Assembly: GCA_963791235.1 (NCBI GenBank)
Contig: CAWBRW010000008.1
Span: 2,871 to 66,870, forward strand
Source of the DNA: an uncultured beta proteobacterium
Lineage (GTDB): Bacteria; Pseudomonadota; Gammaproteobacteria; Burkholderiales; Burkholderiaceae_F
Direction: 5' to 3'
DNA: 64,000 nt
Shown here: positions 10,451 through 20,773 of the stretch, piece by piece
Layout of the letters: each line of letters starts with the position of its first letter
How positions within the stretch are numbered: position 1 is the first letter of the stretch
Made by a program: the position numbers and the translations under genes
Notes under the pieces: generated by a model
Database searches by the model: none
Told to the model about the DNA's origin: nothing
What the model saw: only the letters and a program-made list of their open reading frames with translations

Positions 10451-11427
10451 GGGCGGAAATGATCGAACGCGCGCGCCGCGATGTCCACTGTCCGCCCGTC
10501 TGCATCGACCACCGCCAGTCCGGTCCCCTCGCGCAAATAGCCAATACGAGTGACGGTCACGCCGGCCTGCGCGCCGGCGGCCTCGACGGCGTGGACTGCC
10601 GCAGGCGGCGCGGCGAACAGCAGTTCGTAGTCGTCCCCTCCCGAAAAGACATAGTGCTGCTGCACTGCGGCATCGCATCGCTGTAGCGCGAGGGAACGCG
10701 GTACCGCGTTCCAGTCGACCGTGGCGGCCAGTCCTGAGGCCTTCAGCAGGTGCCCCAGATCGCCGGCCAACCCGTCCGAGACATCGATCGCCGCACTGGC
10801 CACACTGCGCAACGCAAGACCCAGCGCCACGCGCGGCTGGGGCCGTTCGAGCCGCTCGATCGCAGCACGCGCATCGGCCTCGGGGAGCGCCTGTTCGCCC
10901 CGACGACAGGCAAGACCCAGCGCACCGTCGCCCAGCACGCCGGACACCCAGAGTTCATCGCCGGCCGCCGCGCCCGCGCGCAACAACGCCCGGCCACGCG
11001 GCACCTCGCCGAGCGCCGTGATCGTGATCGTGACCCCGGCAGGCGAGCGCGTCGTGTCACCCCCGGCCAGGGTGCAGCCATGGGCATCGGCCAGCGCGAA
11101 CATGCCGCGCGTGAACGCCGCCAGCCAGGGCTCGTCGGCACGCGGCAGCGCAATCGCCAGGAAGAAGCAACGCGGCAGCGCGCCGCAGGCGGCCAGATCC
11201 GACAGATTCACCGCCAGCGCCTTGTGGCCGAGGGATTCCGGGTCAACGCCGGCCAGGAAGTGAACGCCCTCGACCAGCATGTCGGTGGTGACGGCCCACT
11301 GCAATTCGGGTCCGCCATCGATGAGGGCGCAGTCGTCGCCGATCGCCAGGTCCACCCGTGGTCCGGTCGCGCCGTCCCGCGCGAAATAGCGGGCGATCAG
11401 TTCGAATTCGCCGGCCGGCTCAGGCAT
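10447..11427 (-). CDS. thiL: thiamine-monophosphate kinase
   Basis: 326 aa with GEFELI, GDDCA, DMLVEGVHF, KALAVNLSDLAA and GGDTT motifs. Confidence 0.92.
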   Translation of the reverse strand: MPEPAGEFELIARYFARDGATGPRVDLAIGDDCALIDGGPELQWAVTTDMLVEGVHFLAGVDPESLGHKALAVNLSDLAACGALPRCFFLAIALPRADEPWLAAFTRGMFALADAHGCTLAGGDTTRSPAGVTITITALGEVPRGRALLRAGAAAGDELWVSGVLGDGALGLACRRGEQALPEADARAAIERLERPQPRVALGLALRSVASAAIDVSDGLAGDLGHLLKASGLAATVDWNAVPRSLALQRCDAAVQQHYVFSGGDDYELLFAAPPAAVHAVEAAGAQAGVTVTRIGYLREGTGLAVVDADGRTVDIAARAFDHFRP

Positions 11428-11457
11428 CGCCGTCTCCCAACCGTCGGCGCGCGGGGC

Positions 11458-11949
11458 TCAGGCGCGGGCGGTGACTTCGGCCGGACGCAGTTGCGCCGCG
11501 ACCTTGTCGAGCACGCCATTGACGTACTTGAAGCCTTCGGTACCGCCAAAGCTCTTTGCGAGCTCGACGGCTTCGTTGATGATGACCCGGTATGGAATTT
11601 CGGCGCGGTGCTTGAGCTCGTAGGTCGCGAGCAGCAGGATGCCGTGTTCGACAGGTGACAGCGCCTCGACAGCGCGGTCCAGATGCGGTCCGAAGTCGGC
11701 ACGCAGCGCCCCGGCGCCGTCGATCGCGCCGTTCAGCAGTTCGCGGTAGTGCTGCATGTCGGTCCGTGCTTCGAGTTCTGCGTAACCCTCGGCGCCCCGC
11801 GTGTCGGCAAGATGGACTTCGATCGCCGCAGCGTCCTGGCCGCCGACCAGCCACTGGTACAGGCCCTGCACGGCGAGTTCGCGTGCGCGGCGCCGGGCGC
11901 TGCGGCTGCCGCTGCGGGCCGCTGACGGCTCACTCGTCGCTGGCTTCAT
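11458..11949 (-). CDS. nusB: transcription antitermination factor NusB
   Basis: [16 protein letters not shown] ... [22 protein letters not shown]. The start is uncertain: ATG at 11949 or 11955, and both overlap the ribH 3' end. Confidence 0.88.
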   Translation of the reverse strand: MKPATSEPSAARSGSRSARRRARELAVQGLYQWLVGGQDAAAIEVHLADTRGAEGYAELEARTDMQHYRELLNGAIDGAGALRADFGPHLDRAVEALSPVEHGILLLATYELKHRAEIPYRVIINEAVELAKSFGGTEGFKYVNGVLDKVAAQLRPAEVTARA

Positions 11950-12415
11950 CACCATCTTCGTCCAGCGCCAGCACAAGGTTCGCCATCTCGACGGCGACGC
12001 GCGCCGCGTCCCGGCCCTTTTCAGCGACGCGGGCGCGCGCCTGCTCATCGCTTTCGGTCGTGATGATGCCGTTGGCGACCGGAACCCCGTAGGTCAGCGC
12101 AATCTGCGCCACGCCGCGCGCCGACTCGTTGGAGACGACCTCGAAGTGATAGGTCTCGCCGCGGATCACGCAGCCCAACGCGATCAGCGCGTCGAAATCC
12201 TCGGTCGCCGCGAGCCGGGCCAGCACGACCGGGATCTCAAGCGCACCCGGCACGGTCACGTGCGTGATGTCGTCTTCATCGACGCCGAGCGTGATCAGTT
12301 CCGTCAGGCAGGCGTCCGCCAGCGCGCGTCCGGCCCATTCATTGAAGCGCGCCTGCACGATGCCGATGCGCAACTCGGCACCATCAAAATCCGGCGGGAC
12401 GAAATCGACGGCCAC
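11930..12415 (-). CDS. ribH: 6,7-dimethyl-8-ribityllumazine synthase
   Basis: 161 aa with [19 protein letters not shown] and [12 protein letters not shown] motifs. Confidence 0.93.
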   Translation of the reverse strand: MAVDFVPPDFDGAELRIGIVQARFNEWAGRALADACLTELITLGVDEDDITHVTVPGALEIPVVLARLAATEDFDALIALGCVIRGETYHFEVVSNESARGVAQIALTYGVPVANGIITTESDEQARARVAEKGRDAARVAVEMANLVLALDEDGDEASDE

Positions 12416-12423
12416 TTCTCCTC

Positions 12424-13569
12424 CTAGGCCTCGAGGTAGCCGGTGACCTGCAGTCCGAAGCCCGTCATCGACGGCATCTTGCGCGGCTTGGCGAGCAGTC
12501 GCATGCGGCTGACGTTGAGATCGCGCAGGATCTGGGCACCGACGCCGTAGGTGCGCAGATCCGTCTTGGTGACGCGCTGCCCCACGTGCTGGGCCGCATC
12601 GACGTTCAGCAGCGCATTGAACTTTGCAAGAACGCGTTCGGTCGAGTCCGCGCAGTTGAGCATCACCAGCACCCCGCCCTCACTCGCGGCGATCCTCTGC
12701 AGTGCCTTGTGCACCGGCCACGAATGAACCGATTCGTCGATGTCGATGAGGTCGAGCACCGACAGCGGTTCATGCACGCGCACCAGCGCTTCCTTGTCCG
12801 GTGCGAGTTCGCCGTGCACCAGCGCCAGGTGCGCGGCCCCGCTCGGCTTGTCGCGGTAGGCGACAAGCTCGAAGGTGCCGGCGGCGGTACGCACCGTGCG
12901 GGCGCCGACTCGCTCGACCATCGACTCGTTGGACGCGCGGTAGTGGATCAGGTCGGCGATCGTGCCCACCTTCAGTCCATGCGTCGCCGCGAACGGCAAC
13001 AGGTCCGGCAGGCGCGCCATCGTGCCGTCGTCGTTCATCACTTCGCACAGCACCGCGGCCGGCGTGAGCCCTGCCAGCCGCGCCAGGTCGCAGCAGGCTT
13101 CGGTATGACCGGCGCGCATCAGCACGCCGCCGGCCGCCGCAACCAGCGGGAACACATGGCCTGGCTGCACGAGGTCGCTGGGCTGCGCGTGCGGGCGTGA
13201 GGCGACGCGGATCGTGTGCGCCCGGTCGGCGGCCGAAATGCCGGTGGTCACGCCCTCGGCAGCTTCGATCGCGACGGTGAAGTTGGTCCCGTGCACCGTC
13301 TTGTTGTTGCTGGTCATCGGACCCAGCCCGAGCTGCGCTGCGTGCTCGGCCGTGATCGGCATGCAGACCAGTCCCCGACCATGCTTGGCCAGGAAATTGA
13401 TCTTCTCCGGCGTGACGAAATCCGCCGCGAAGATCAGGTCACCCTCGTTCTCCCGGTCCTCGTCGTCCACCAGGACGACGATGTGCCCGCGGCGGATTTC
13501 CTCGATGATCTCCTCGGTCGAGGCCAAGCCGGGTCGGGGCTGGGCGGAGCTGGGAACGGCGGACAGCAT
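12424..13569 (-). CDS. ribBA: bifunctional 3,4-dihydroxy-2-butanone-4-phosphate synthase / GTP cyclohydrolase II-like
   Basis: 381 aa. DHBP synthase motifs ([18 protein letters not shown]) followed by a GCHII-like C-terminal domain. Confidence 0.9.
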   Translation of the reverse strand: MLSAVPSSAQPRPGLASTEEIIEEIRRGHIVVLVDDEDRENEGDLIFAADFVTPEKINFLAKHGRGLVCMPITAEHAAQLGLGPMTSNNKTVHGTNFTVAIEAAEGVTTGISAADRAHTIRVASRPHAQPSDLVQPGHVFPLVAAAGGVLMRAGHTEACCDLARLAGLTPAAVLCEVMNDDGTMARLPDLLPFAATHGLKVGTIADLIHYRASNESMVERVGARTVRTAAGTFELVAYRDKPSGAAHLALVHGELAPDKEALVRVHEPLSVLDLIDIDESVHSWPVHKALQRIAASEGGVLVMLNCADSTERVLAKFNALLNVDAAQHVGQRVTKTDLRTYGVGAQILRDLNVSRMRLLAKPRKMPSMTGFGLQVTGYLEA

Positions 13570-14767
13570 GGGAATGGGACGCCTGGCGCCGGACGGCGCG
13601 TGGAAGACCCGGGATTCTAGGCCCTGCGAGGTGTATCAGCGCTGGCCGAACGTCAGCGACCCGAAGATCGGCGCCGGCCTCGCGTGGCAGCGCACGCCAG
13701 TACTGACGCGGGCCGGTCACCGTGCCACCCAGTTCGGCGGCGGCACGCCACGGCCAGCGCGGATCGAACAGCATGCCCCGGGCGAGCGCGACCAGGTCGG
13801 CACGGCCCTCGGCGACGATCGCCTCGGCCTGTCGCGGTTCGGTTATCAGGCCGACCGCCATCGTGGCCACCCCGATCTCGTTGCGGATGATCTCGGCGAA
13901 CGGGACCTGATAGCCCGGCGCAGGCTTGATCTTCTGCTGCGGCGACACGCCGCCGCTCGACACATCGATCCAGTCGCAGCCGCGTGCCTTGAGTTCGCGT
14001 GCCAGTACCAGCGACTGTTGCAGCGTCCAGCTTTCCCGTGGCGGCTCGGCGTCGTCCAGCCAGTCGGTCGCGGAGATGCGCATGCCGACCGGCCGCTCCG
14101 CCGGAAACTCGGCACGGACGGCGCCGAAGATCTCCAGCGGGAAGCGCATGCGATTCTCGATCGAGCCGCCATAGCGATCGGTGCGCTGGTTGGCGACCGG
14201 CGACAGGAACTCATGCAGCAGGTAGCCGTGTGCGGCATGCACTTCGATCGCCTCGATGCCGAGGCGCGCAGCACGCCGCGCGGCGTCGGCAAACGCCTGT
14301 CGAAGCCGTGCAAGGTCGTCCTCGTCGAGGGCGCGCGGTGGCGCTTCCCCGGGCGCGTGGGCGACCGCCGACGGCGCCTCCGGCGTCCAGCCGCCTTCGG
14401 ACGGCGGCAGCAAGCGTCCACCGTTCCACGGCTCGCGGCTCGAGCCTTTGCGCCCCGCATGGGCCAGCTGGATCGCCACCGGAATCGGCGCAATTGCGCG
14501 GATCATCCTGAGCACACCGGCGAGCGCCTCCTCATTGGCATCGCTGTAGAGCCCGAGGTCGCCCGGCGTGATGCGCCCCGCCGGCGTGACTGCAGTGGCC
14601 TCGATGCAGAGCAGTCCGGCTCCCGACAGCGCCAGGGAGCCAAGGTGCGCCCGGTGCCAGTCGCCGGCGCTCCCATCGTGTGCGGAGTACTGGCACATCG
14701 GCGAAACCACGATGCGGTTGGGCAGCTCGAGCGAGCGCAGCGAAAGGGGCGAGAAGAGCATGGACAT
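13439..14767 (-). CDS. NADH:flavin oxidoreductase (Old Yellow Enzyme family), probably with a C-terminal frame disruption
   Basis: Contains PMCQY, HAGRK, EVHAAHGYLLHEFLSP..N.R.D.YGGS and GRADLVALAR motifs. As read, the ORF has an R/P-rich tail overlapping ribBA by about 130 nt. Removing one base near 13670 gives ...IFGSLTFGQR with a stop at 13636-13638 and a normal intergenic gap. Confidence 0.8.
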   Translation of the reverse strand: MSMLFSPLSLRSLELPNRIVVSPMCQYSAHDGSAGDWHRAHLGSLALSGAGLLCIEATAVTPAGRITPGDLGLYSDANEEALAGVLRMIRAIAPIPVAIQLAHAGRKGSSREPWNGGRLLPPSEGGWTPEAPSAVAHAPGEAPPRALDEDDLARLRQAFADAARRAARLGIEAIEVHAAHGYLLHEFLSPVANQRTDRYGGSIENRMRFPLEIFGAVRAEFPAERPVGMRISATDWLDDAEPPRESWTLQQSLVLARELKARGCDWIDVSSGGVSPQQKIKPAPGYQVPFAEIIRNEIGVATMAVGLITEPRQAEAIVAEGRADLVALARGMLFDPRWPWRAAAELGGTVTGPRQYWRALPREAGADLRVADVRPALIHLAGPRIPGLPRAVRRQASHSHAVRRSQLRPAPTRLGLDRGDHRGNPPRAHRRPGGRRGPGERG

Positions 14768-14791
14768 GGGATTGGAAATACCGAGCGTGGA

Positions 14792-15445
14792 TCAGCGGTG
14801 CAGCAGCACCACCGAAAGGTTCCAGAGCAGGTGCGCCAGCATCGGCGGCAGTAGGCTGCCGGTACGGGCGCGTAGCCAAAGATAGAGCATCGCCGCGGGC
14901 ACCACACCCATAAGCAGTCCCGGACGCAGACCATGCAGCGCGATGAACACCGCCGTCACGACGAGGCCGCCGATGCCGATCGACGCCCCCCATAGCGTCC
15001 AGCGTGGCGGTGCTGCCCTGTCTGCGAGCGCGAGTATCACGCCGCGTATCACCAGTTCTTCCACCAGCGCTGCTATCACTATGGCAACGACGAGCGCTGC
15101 CGGGACCGGCACCGGGTCGGCACCGCGCGCCATGAGGACAAGCCCATGGGCCACCAGCACGACCGTCGTGACCGCGACCGCAGGCCCCACACTGCCCGGT
15201 CGAGGCGGCACGAGCCCGATCTCATCGCGGCGCAGTCGGCCGAGCGCGAGTAGCGGCTGAACCGCGAGCCACACGGCCCCCGCAGCGATCGCGGGCGAAA
15301 ACGCTCGCCATGCTCCGCCGAGCAGCCAGGACGCGATCGCCAGCGCGACAACGTAGAGGACCAGGAGCGCGACGGCTCCGACAGCATTGGGGCGCTGCAT
15401 CGCGTCCGGCGATGAAGACGAGTGAGGCGCCGATCGCCAGCGCAA
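14792..15445 (-). CDS. CPBP-family intramembrane metalloprotease (CAAX protease/Abi-like)
   Basis: EELVIRG motif plus downstream FIALHG and HLLWN histidine motifs in a polytopic membrane protein. An alternative start lies at 15400 (MQRPNAVG). Confidence 0.75.
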   Translation of the reverse strand: MRWRSAPHSSSSPDAMQRPNAVGAVALLVLYVVALAIASWLLGGAWRAFSPAIAAGAVWLAVQPLLALGRLRRDEIGLVPPRPGSVGPAVAVTTVVLVAHGLVLMARGADPVPVPAALVVAIVIAALVEELVIRGVILALADRAAPPRWTLWGASIGIGGLVVTAVFIALHGLRPGLLMGVVPAAMLYLWLRARTGSLLPPMLAHLLWNLSVVLLHR

Positions 15446-15479
15446 GCAGCCAGCCGGCGACGCGATCGTCCATGCAGCG

Positions 15480-16087
15480 CTAGCGGCCCGGCAGCATGCG
15501 CTCGACGTAGCGCGCGATCAGGTCAACTTCCAGGTTCACGCGGCAGCCAGGCTCCAGGCCGCCCAGAGTCGTTACCGCATGGGTGTGCGGGATGACGTTG
15601 ATCGAGAACTCACAGCCCTCGGCGGTATCGGCCACCCGGTTCACCGTCAGGCTCACGCCGTTGACCGCGATCGACCCCTTGATGGCCAGGAATCGCGCCA
15701 GCGCCGCGGGCGCGAGGATGCACCAGCTCCCACGATTCGCCCACCGGCGCGTAGCGCACGACGGCGCCAATGCCGTCCACATGACCGACGACCAGATGAC
15801 CGCCGATCGGCATCACCCATCTTCAGCGAGGTCTCGATATTGACGTCGCCTGGCGCGTTGAGTCCGCAGGTGCGCGCCAGGCTCTCGGCCGAGACGTCGC
15901 AGCAGAAGCGCGCGCCCTCGACCACCGTCGCGGTCATGCAGGCCCCGTTGAGCGCGATGCTGTCGCCGACGTGCGCCTGGAAGCCGGCCACGCGCGAAGC
16001 GTCCACGGTGATGCGCACGCCGCCGTCAGCGACAAGCGGCTCGACGTGCGCGATGCGCCCGATGCCCTGGATCAGTCCGGTGAACAT
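15480..16087 (-). pseudogene. ribE: riboflavin synthase (alpha chain), reading frame broken twice
   Basis: Three overlapping ORFs in three frames join into a full-length protein: MFTGLIQGIGRI...GDSIALNGACMT...[11 protein letters not shown] / (P)[17 protein letters not shown]...ESWELV / [27 protein letters not shown]...[16 protein letters not shown]. The breaks are near 15811 and 15720, and each is consistent with one extra base. Confidence 0.85.
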
Positions 16088-16090
16088 CGT

Positions 16091-17186
16091 TCAGATCAGC
16101 CGCGCAAGGATGCGCACATCGTCGCCCACCGAGGTCACTTCACGGAACTGCAGGCGCTGCGCATGCGCCAGATCCGAAAGTTCGGGCAGGTGCACCATGC
16201 CCTGGGCTTCACCGATCAGCATCGGCGCGAGATAGACCAGCAGCTCATCGACGACACCCGCCTCCACCAATGATCCGTTCAGCCGGAAACCCGCTTCCAC
16301 ATGCACCTCGTTCACTTGCCGGCGCGCGAGTTCCTTCATCAGCGCGGGCAGGTCGACCTTGCCGTGCGCGTTCGGCAGGTCGGCGATCTCCGCGCCCCGT
16401 TCCTTCAGGGCGCACTTTCCGGTCGCGGTCGGTCGACGCGGTCGCGACCAGCACCTTGCCCTTGCCCTCGAACAGGCGCGCGGCGGGATTCACCTCCAGC
16501 CGGCTGTCGACCAGCACGCGCAGCGGCTGACGGGTCGTCTCGACGAGGCGCACGTCAAGCTGGGGGTTGTCCGCCCGCACGGTACCGATGCCGGTCAGGA
16601 CCGCGCAGGCCCGAGCCCGCCAGGCGTGGCCGTCGCGCCGCGCCTCCTCGGACGTGATCCACTTCGACACGCCGTTTCCCAGCGCGGTCTTGCCGTCGAG
16701 GCTCGCCGCGATCTTCATGCGCACCCAGGGACGGCCACGCTGCATTCGCGAGAAGAAACCGACATTGATGTCGGCGGCTTCCTGCTCCAGCAGCCCGCAA
16801 CGAACGTCGATGTCCGCACTGCGCAGCATTTCGAGGCCGCCGCCGGCGACCTGCGGATTCGGGTCCTCCACGGCCGCAATCACGCGACCGACATGCGCCT
16901 CGATCAACGCTGTGGCGCACGGCGGCGTGCGGCCGAAGTGGCTGCACGGCTCGAGCGACACGTAGACCGTCGCGCCGCGCACGTCGTGTCCGTTGCGACG
17001 CGCGTCGAGCAGCGCCTCGATTTCCGCGTGGTTCGAGCCCGGCGCCTGGGTCCAGCCTTCGCCGATGACCCGGCCCTCGCGCACGATGACGCAGCCGACC
17101 CGCGGATTGGGCGCCGCGACGTTCATCGCGCGGCCCGCCAGTGCCAGCGCCTGCGCCATGAACTCGCGGTCGGACGCGTCGTACAT
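16091..17186 (-). pseudogene. ribD: bifunctional riboflavin deaminase/reductase RibD, reading frame broken once
   Basis: The N-terminal ORF carries the deaminase motifs HAEIEAL and PCSHFGRTPPC and the start of the reductase domain. The C-terminus (...ALKERGAEIADLPNAHGKVDLPALMKELARRQVNEVHVEAGFRLNGSL...YLAPMLIG) is in another frame. The break is near 16413 (one extra base). Confidence 0.85.
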
Positions 17187-19522
17187 CAGGCGGCGTGCGG
17201 CAGCGACGCAGCGCCACCGACGACCTCGACCTGCAGCGGCCGTGAGCTGTCGACATGGACATCGCGCTGCGGAAAGGCGATCGAGATGCCGGCGTCGGCG
17301 AAACGTTTCTCGAGCATGAAGCGCAGGTCGCTTTGCACCTGCATGCCGTTGGACTTCGCCAGGTCGACCCAGAAGTACAGCGCAAACACCAGCGCGTTGT
17401 CGCCGAAATCCTCGAAGATGACGAACGGCGACGGGTCCTTGAGCACCAAACCGTGCTCCGCCGCCGCCTGTGACAGGATGTCGGCCACCTGGCGCGTCGG
17501 CGATCCGTAGGCGACGCCGACCTTCACCACACGGCGCATCGTCGGCGACTCGCCGGTCCAGTTGGTGACCTTGTTCTCGAGCAGCAGCGAGTTCGGCACC
17601 ATCGTTTCAATGCCGTCGAACTGGCGCACGGTGGTGGAACGCACGTCCACCGCGGTGACGACGCCCTGGACGCCGTCGACGTCGACGATGTCGCCCACGC
17701 GCACCTTCCGCTCGAACAGCACGATGATCCCGCTGATGAAATTGCGCAGCAGCGTCTGCGTGCCGAAGCCGACGCCGATCGCCAGCGCACCGCCCATGAA
17801 GGCGAAGACCGTGAGCGGGATGCGCGCGAGGTTCAGCGTGATCACCGCGAGGATGAAGGCGGTCAGGATCAGCAGCCAGCGTCGCAGCACCCGCGCCTGC
17901 GATTCGCTGACACCGAAGCGGCGCACCATCAACGTTTCCGCACGGCGCGCCAGCGCGCGCGCCAGCGCATAACCGAAGACGAAGATCAGCACCGCACCAA
18001 CGCTCTTGCCGATCGTCACGCCGCGAGACAGTGTGACCGGCTTGCCGCCGATGTCGACCGTATCCTCGACGGCGAACAGTTCGAAGTTCCACAGCGTGCG
18101 TGCGACGTCCTTGGTTCCGACCCAGTATTCGGAGAGTCGCTCGTCAGCGCTGCGCTGCTTGGCGGCGTCGATGTACTCCCTTCTCCAGCGCGTCTGCGCC
18201 GTTGCCAGGCGCTGCGCCACCTCCTCCACGTCATTGACGGCTTCCGCCGCCTTGCGGCTCGCCTCCAGGGCATTCAGTTCATAGCGACGACCTGGCGCGC
18301 TGGCGTCCAGGGCATCAACGCGGTTCTGCTGGTTGCGCAGCGCCGCGTCTGCCAGGGAATTCAGGTCCGTCGCGTAGGACTTCAGCGTATCGACCCGGGC
18401 AAGTGACGCCATCAGCGCCTTCTCGGCCGTGCGGCGCGCCTCGGGATCGGCATCGCTGAGCGCGGTGTAGCGATGGCGCCAGGCTTCCATTGCCAGCGGC
18501 AGCAAGCCGCGCATCGTGGTCAGCGCGCTCTGTTCGGTGCGCAGTGCCTCAAGTGTCGCGTTCGCCGCGTCCAGCCGCGCCTGCAGCTCGGCATGGCGCC
18601 GCACCTCGTCGACGGTCGTCGCCGCCGGAAGTCCGGCGAGCATGCGCCGCACCTGATCGCGCTCCTCGAGTGCGTGGGCGCGCGCGTCCTGTACCTCCTC
18701 GATGCGCTTGTCGTAGCTCGAGATCTGGGACTGCAGTCCGTTGAGCACGCGCTCAAGTTCCGGCGCGGCGAAACGGTAATCAGCCGACATGACTGCCACC
18801 TGGCGCTGGAGCAGGGCAACGCGCGCCTGGGCCGTCGCGGTCAGTTCAGCGTTCAGCTCCCCCTGCAGCCGCAACAACTGCAGCAGTTCAGTGGTCCGCC
18901 GCGTTCGCAACTTTGCCAGCTCCAGCGGCGCCGCCACCCCGTCGGTCGCCTTCTCCAGCGCGAGTCGCCCGGCGGCCTGGCTGGCCTTCAACTGGGCCTC
19001 GACCCGTTGCAGCTCCTCGCGCTGCAGCTCACTGACCGACTGAAACGAATGCAGCCGGGTGTTTTCTGCATCGAGCTGGTCGAGCAAGCGATCGAGCTGC
19101 GTCAGGGAATAAGGCCCCGGTTCACTGAAGCCCTTCCAGGCCGCCAGCGCGTCGGCCGTCGTCGCCCGGGCGGCGCGGGCCGCGTCGATTTCCTGCAGCA
19201 GGTCGAGCTGCGCCTGCAACGCTTGCGGAATCCGTCCCAGGAGCCAGCCGAGTTCGGCGACCTCGCTCGGCGTTGCCCCGGCTGGAATCGGATACTTGCC
19301 GGACTTCTCGAGTTCGACCGCCTGCCGTGCTGCGACCAGTGCCTTGTCGACCTCGGCGCGACGGTCGGCGATCGACAGATCCTGCTGAGCGGCCGCCGTC
19401 TCCTGCTTCGATGCCGCGGCGCCGAGCATCTTCTGCACCAGCGGCGTCGCCTGGCCCGCCGTGACGGTCGCCGCAAGAAGCAACGCCACGAGGGCCGGTT
19501 TCCGGGCACGTTGCAGGGTCAT
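17186..19522 (-). CDS. large mechanosensitive channel, MscS family (MscK/KefA-like)
   Basis: 778 aa. Signal peptide, a long coiled-coil periplasmic region, TM helices and an MscS core (GGALAIGVGFGTQTLLRNFISGIIVLFERKVRVGD). Its stop overlaps the ribD start. Confidence 0.88.
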   Translation of the reverse strand: MTLQRARKPALVALLLAATVTAGQATPLVQKMLGAAASKQETAAAQQDLSIADRRAEVDKALVAARQAVELEKSGKYPIPAGATPSEVAELGWLLGRIPQALQAQLDLLQEIDAARAARATTADALAAWKGFSEPGPYSLTQLDRLLDQLDAENTRLHSFQSVSELQREELQRVEAQLKASQAAGRLALEKATDGVAAPLELAKLRTRRTTELLQLLRLQGELNAELTATAQARVALLQRQVAVMSADYRFAAPELERVLNGLQSQISSYDKRIEEVQDARAHALEERDQVRRMLAGLPAATTVDEVRRHAELQARLDAANATLEALRTEQSALTTMRGLLPLAMEAWRHRYTALSDADPEARRTAEKALMASLARVDTLKSYATDLNSLADAALRNQQNRVDALDASAPGRRYELNALEASRKAAEAVNDVEEVAQRLATAQTRWRREYIDAAKQRSADERLSEYWVGTKDVARTLWNFELFAVEDTVDIGGKPVTLSRGVTIGKSVGAVLIFVFGYALARALARRAETLMVRRFGVSESQARVLRRWLLILTAFILAVITLNLARIPLTVFAFMGGALAIGVGFGTQTLLRNFISGIIVLFERKVRVGDIVDVDGVQGVVTAVDVRSTTVRQFDGIETMVPNSLLLENKVTNWTGESPTMRRVVKVGVAYGSPTRQVADILSQAAAEHGLVLKDPSPFVIFEDFGDNALVFALYFWVDLAKSNGMQVQSDLRFMLEKRFADAGISIAFPQRDVHVDSSRPLQVEVVGGAASLPHAA

Positions 19523-19583
19523 GCGCAGATTCTACGGAGGTTGCAGCCAGACCCCGCTGCCCCACGATTCCCGTCGTCACACG

Positions 19584-19611
19584 AAAAAAGGCCGCTGTGG
19601 ATGCAGCGGCC
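19584..19611 (-). terminator. rho-independent terminator after sHSP gene A
   Basis: The GGCCGCTG / CAGCGGCC stem (19590-19597 / 19604-19611) is followed on the minus strand by a T6 run (the A run at 19584-19589). Confidence 0.7.
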
Positions 19612-19665
19612 TGAGCGCCTGCAGCACGGTGTTGCGCCGTGCCGCACCAGCGGCGCTGACTGGAC

Positions 19666-20115
19666 TCAGTTGATTGTCAGCTTCTTGCTCGTGCCCGGCG
19701 CCCGCTTCGGCAGCATCAGCGTCAGTACGCCATCTTCATACCGGGCCTCGGCACCGGCCTCACTGACATCAGCCGGCAATTCAAACGTCCGTGCGTACAT
19801 GGCGGCGAAGCGCTCGGTGTGCAGCACCCGCTCGCCTTCCTTCTCTTCCTTCGTGGTCTGCGTCTCTGCGCGGATCGCCACGCGATTGCCTTCGATCGAT
19901 ACCTCGATGTCGTCCTTCTTCACGCCGGGCATGTCGACCTTGACTTCGAAGTGGTCGCCTTTGTCGACCACGTCCATCAGGGCGCGTTCTACCGCCGGCA
20001 TGTCGGGGTAACGGGGCATCGTCGTGAGTGCGCCGCGGTTCCACAGATCATCCATCCAGTCGCCAAACAGCGGCGTGAACGGATCATTGCGACGACGTAG
20101 CAGAAGATTTGCCAT
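19666..20115 (-). CDS. Hsp20/alpha-crystallin small heat-shock protein (A)
   Basis: Start at MANLLLRR (ATG is the complement of 20113-20115) with a GAGGAGG RBS. Alpha-crystallin domain with DKGDHFEVKVDMPGVKKDDI and GVLTLMLPK. Confidence 0.9.
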   Translation of the reverse strand: MANLLLRRRNDPFTPLFGDWMDDLWNRGALTTMPRYPDMPAVERALMDVVDKGDHFEVKVDMPGVKKDDIEVSIEGNRVAIRAETQTTKEEKEGERVLHTERFAAMYARTFELPADVSEAGAEARYEDGVLTLMLPKRAPGTSKKLTIN

Positions 20116-20169
20116 CGTGACCTCCTCTTGTGCCAATCCGACCCGGAAAACCGTTCCCGGGCCTCACTT

Positions 20170-20202
20170 CCAAAATAGGGGGACGGACGCCACCCGCAAT
20201 AC
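20170..20202 (-). promoter_or_regulatory. possible sigma-32 promoter of sHSP gene A
   Basis: On the minus strand: ATTGCGG, a spacer of about 14 nt, then CCCCTATTT. The -10 matches CCCCATNT well. The -35 keeps only the TTG core. Confidence 0.4.
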
Positions 20203-20282
20203 GACCACGCCCGTCCCGTTGATGCACGTCAAGCCCCGGACGCCGGCGGCGAACCGGCACACCCCGGCAGCTGACGCTGTGA

Positions 20283-20726
20283 TCAGCGGATTTCGAGCCG
20301 CTTGCTCGTTACGGCGACACGTTTGGGCAGCGCCAGCGTCAGCACGCCGTTTTCGAAGCTCGCCTGCGCGCCCTGGTCCGTCACCTCGGTGGGCAGCTCA
20401 AAGCTGCGCGCATAGCTGGTGAAGGTGCGCTCGCTGTGCAGTACGCGTTCGCCGTCCTTGGCTTCCTTCTGCTGGCGGCTTTCCGCCTGCAGCGTCACGC
20501 GCGCGCCCTCGACCGAGACGTTGATGTCTTCCTTGCTGACGCCTGGCAGGTCGAGCTTGATCTCGAACTTGTCGCCCTTGTCGACGACGTCCATGCGGGC
20601 ACGCGCCACGGTCGGGCTCTCCCCGCCCCGCGTCGGGACGCCACCGGCACGCTGGAAGAAGTCATTGAAGACGTCATCGACGAGCGAGCTGAATGGATCG
20701 CTGCGGCGCACAGAAAGATGGTTCAT
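20283..20726 (-). CDS. Hsp20/alpha-crystallin small heat-shock protein (B)
   Basis: Start at MNHLSVRR (ATG is the complement of 20724-20726) with a GGAGG RBS. Contains DKGDKFEIKLDLPGVSKEDI and GVLTLALPK. Paralogue of gene A. Confidence 0.9.
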   Translation of the reverse strand: MNHLSVRRSDPFSSLVDDVFNDFFQRAGGVPTRGGESPTVARARMDVVDKGDKFEIKLDLPGVSKEDINVSVEGARVTLQAESRQQKEAKDGERVLHSERTFTSYARSFELPTEVTDQGAQASFENGVLTLALPKRVAVTSKRLEIR

Positions 20727-20773
20727 ACGGTCCTCCGATTGAGATGGTGGCAGGCAAGCCTGCGGTGTCACCC

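Noticed and set aside
13570-13700. FMN (RFN) riboswitch expected upstream of ribBA
   Set aside because: Reading the minus strand here shows none of the conserved RFN core segments. The interval is mostly occupied by the 3' end of the OYE gene.
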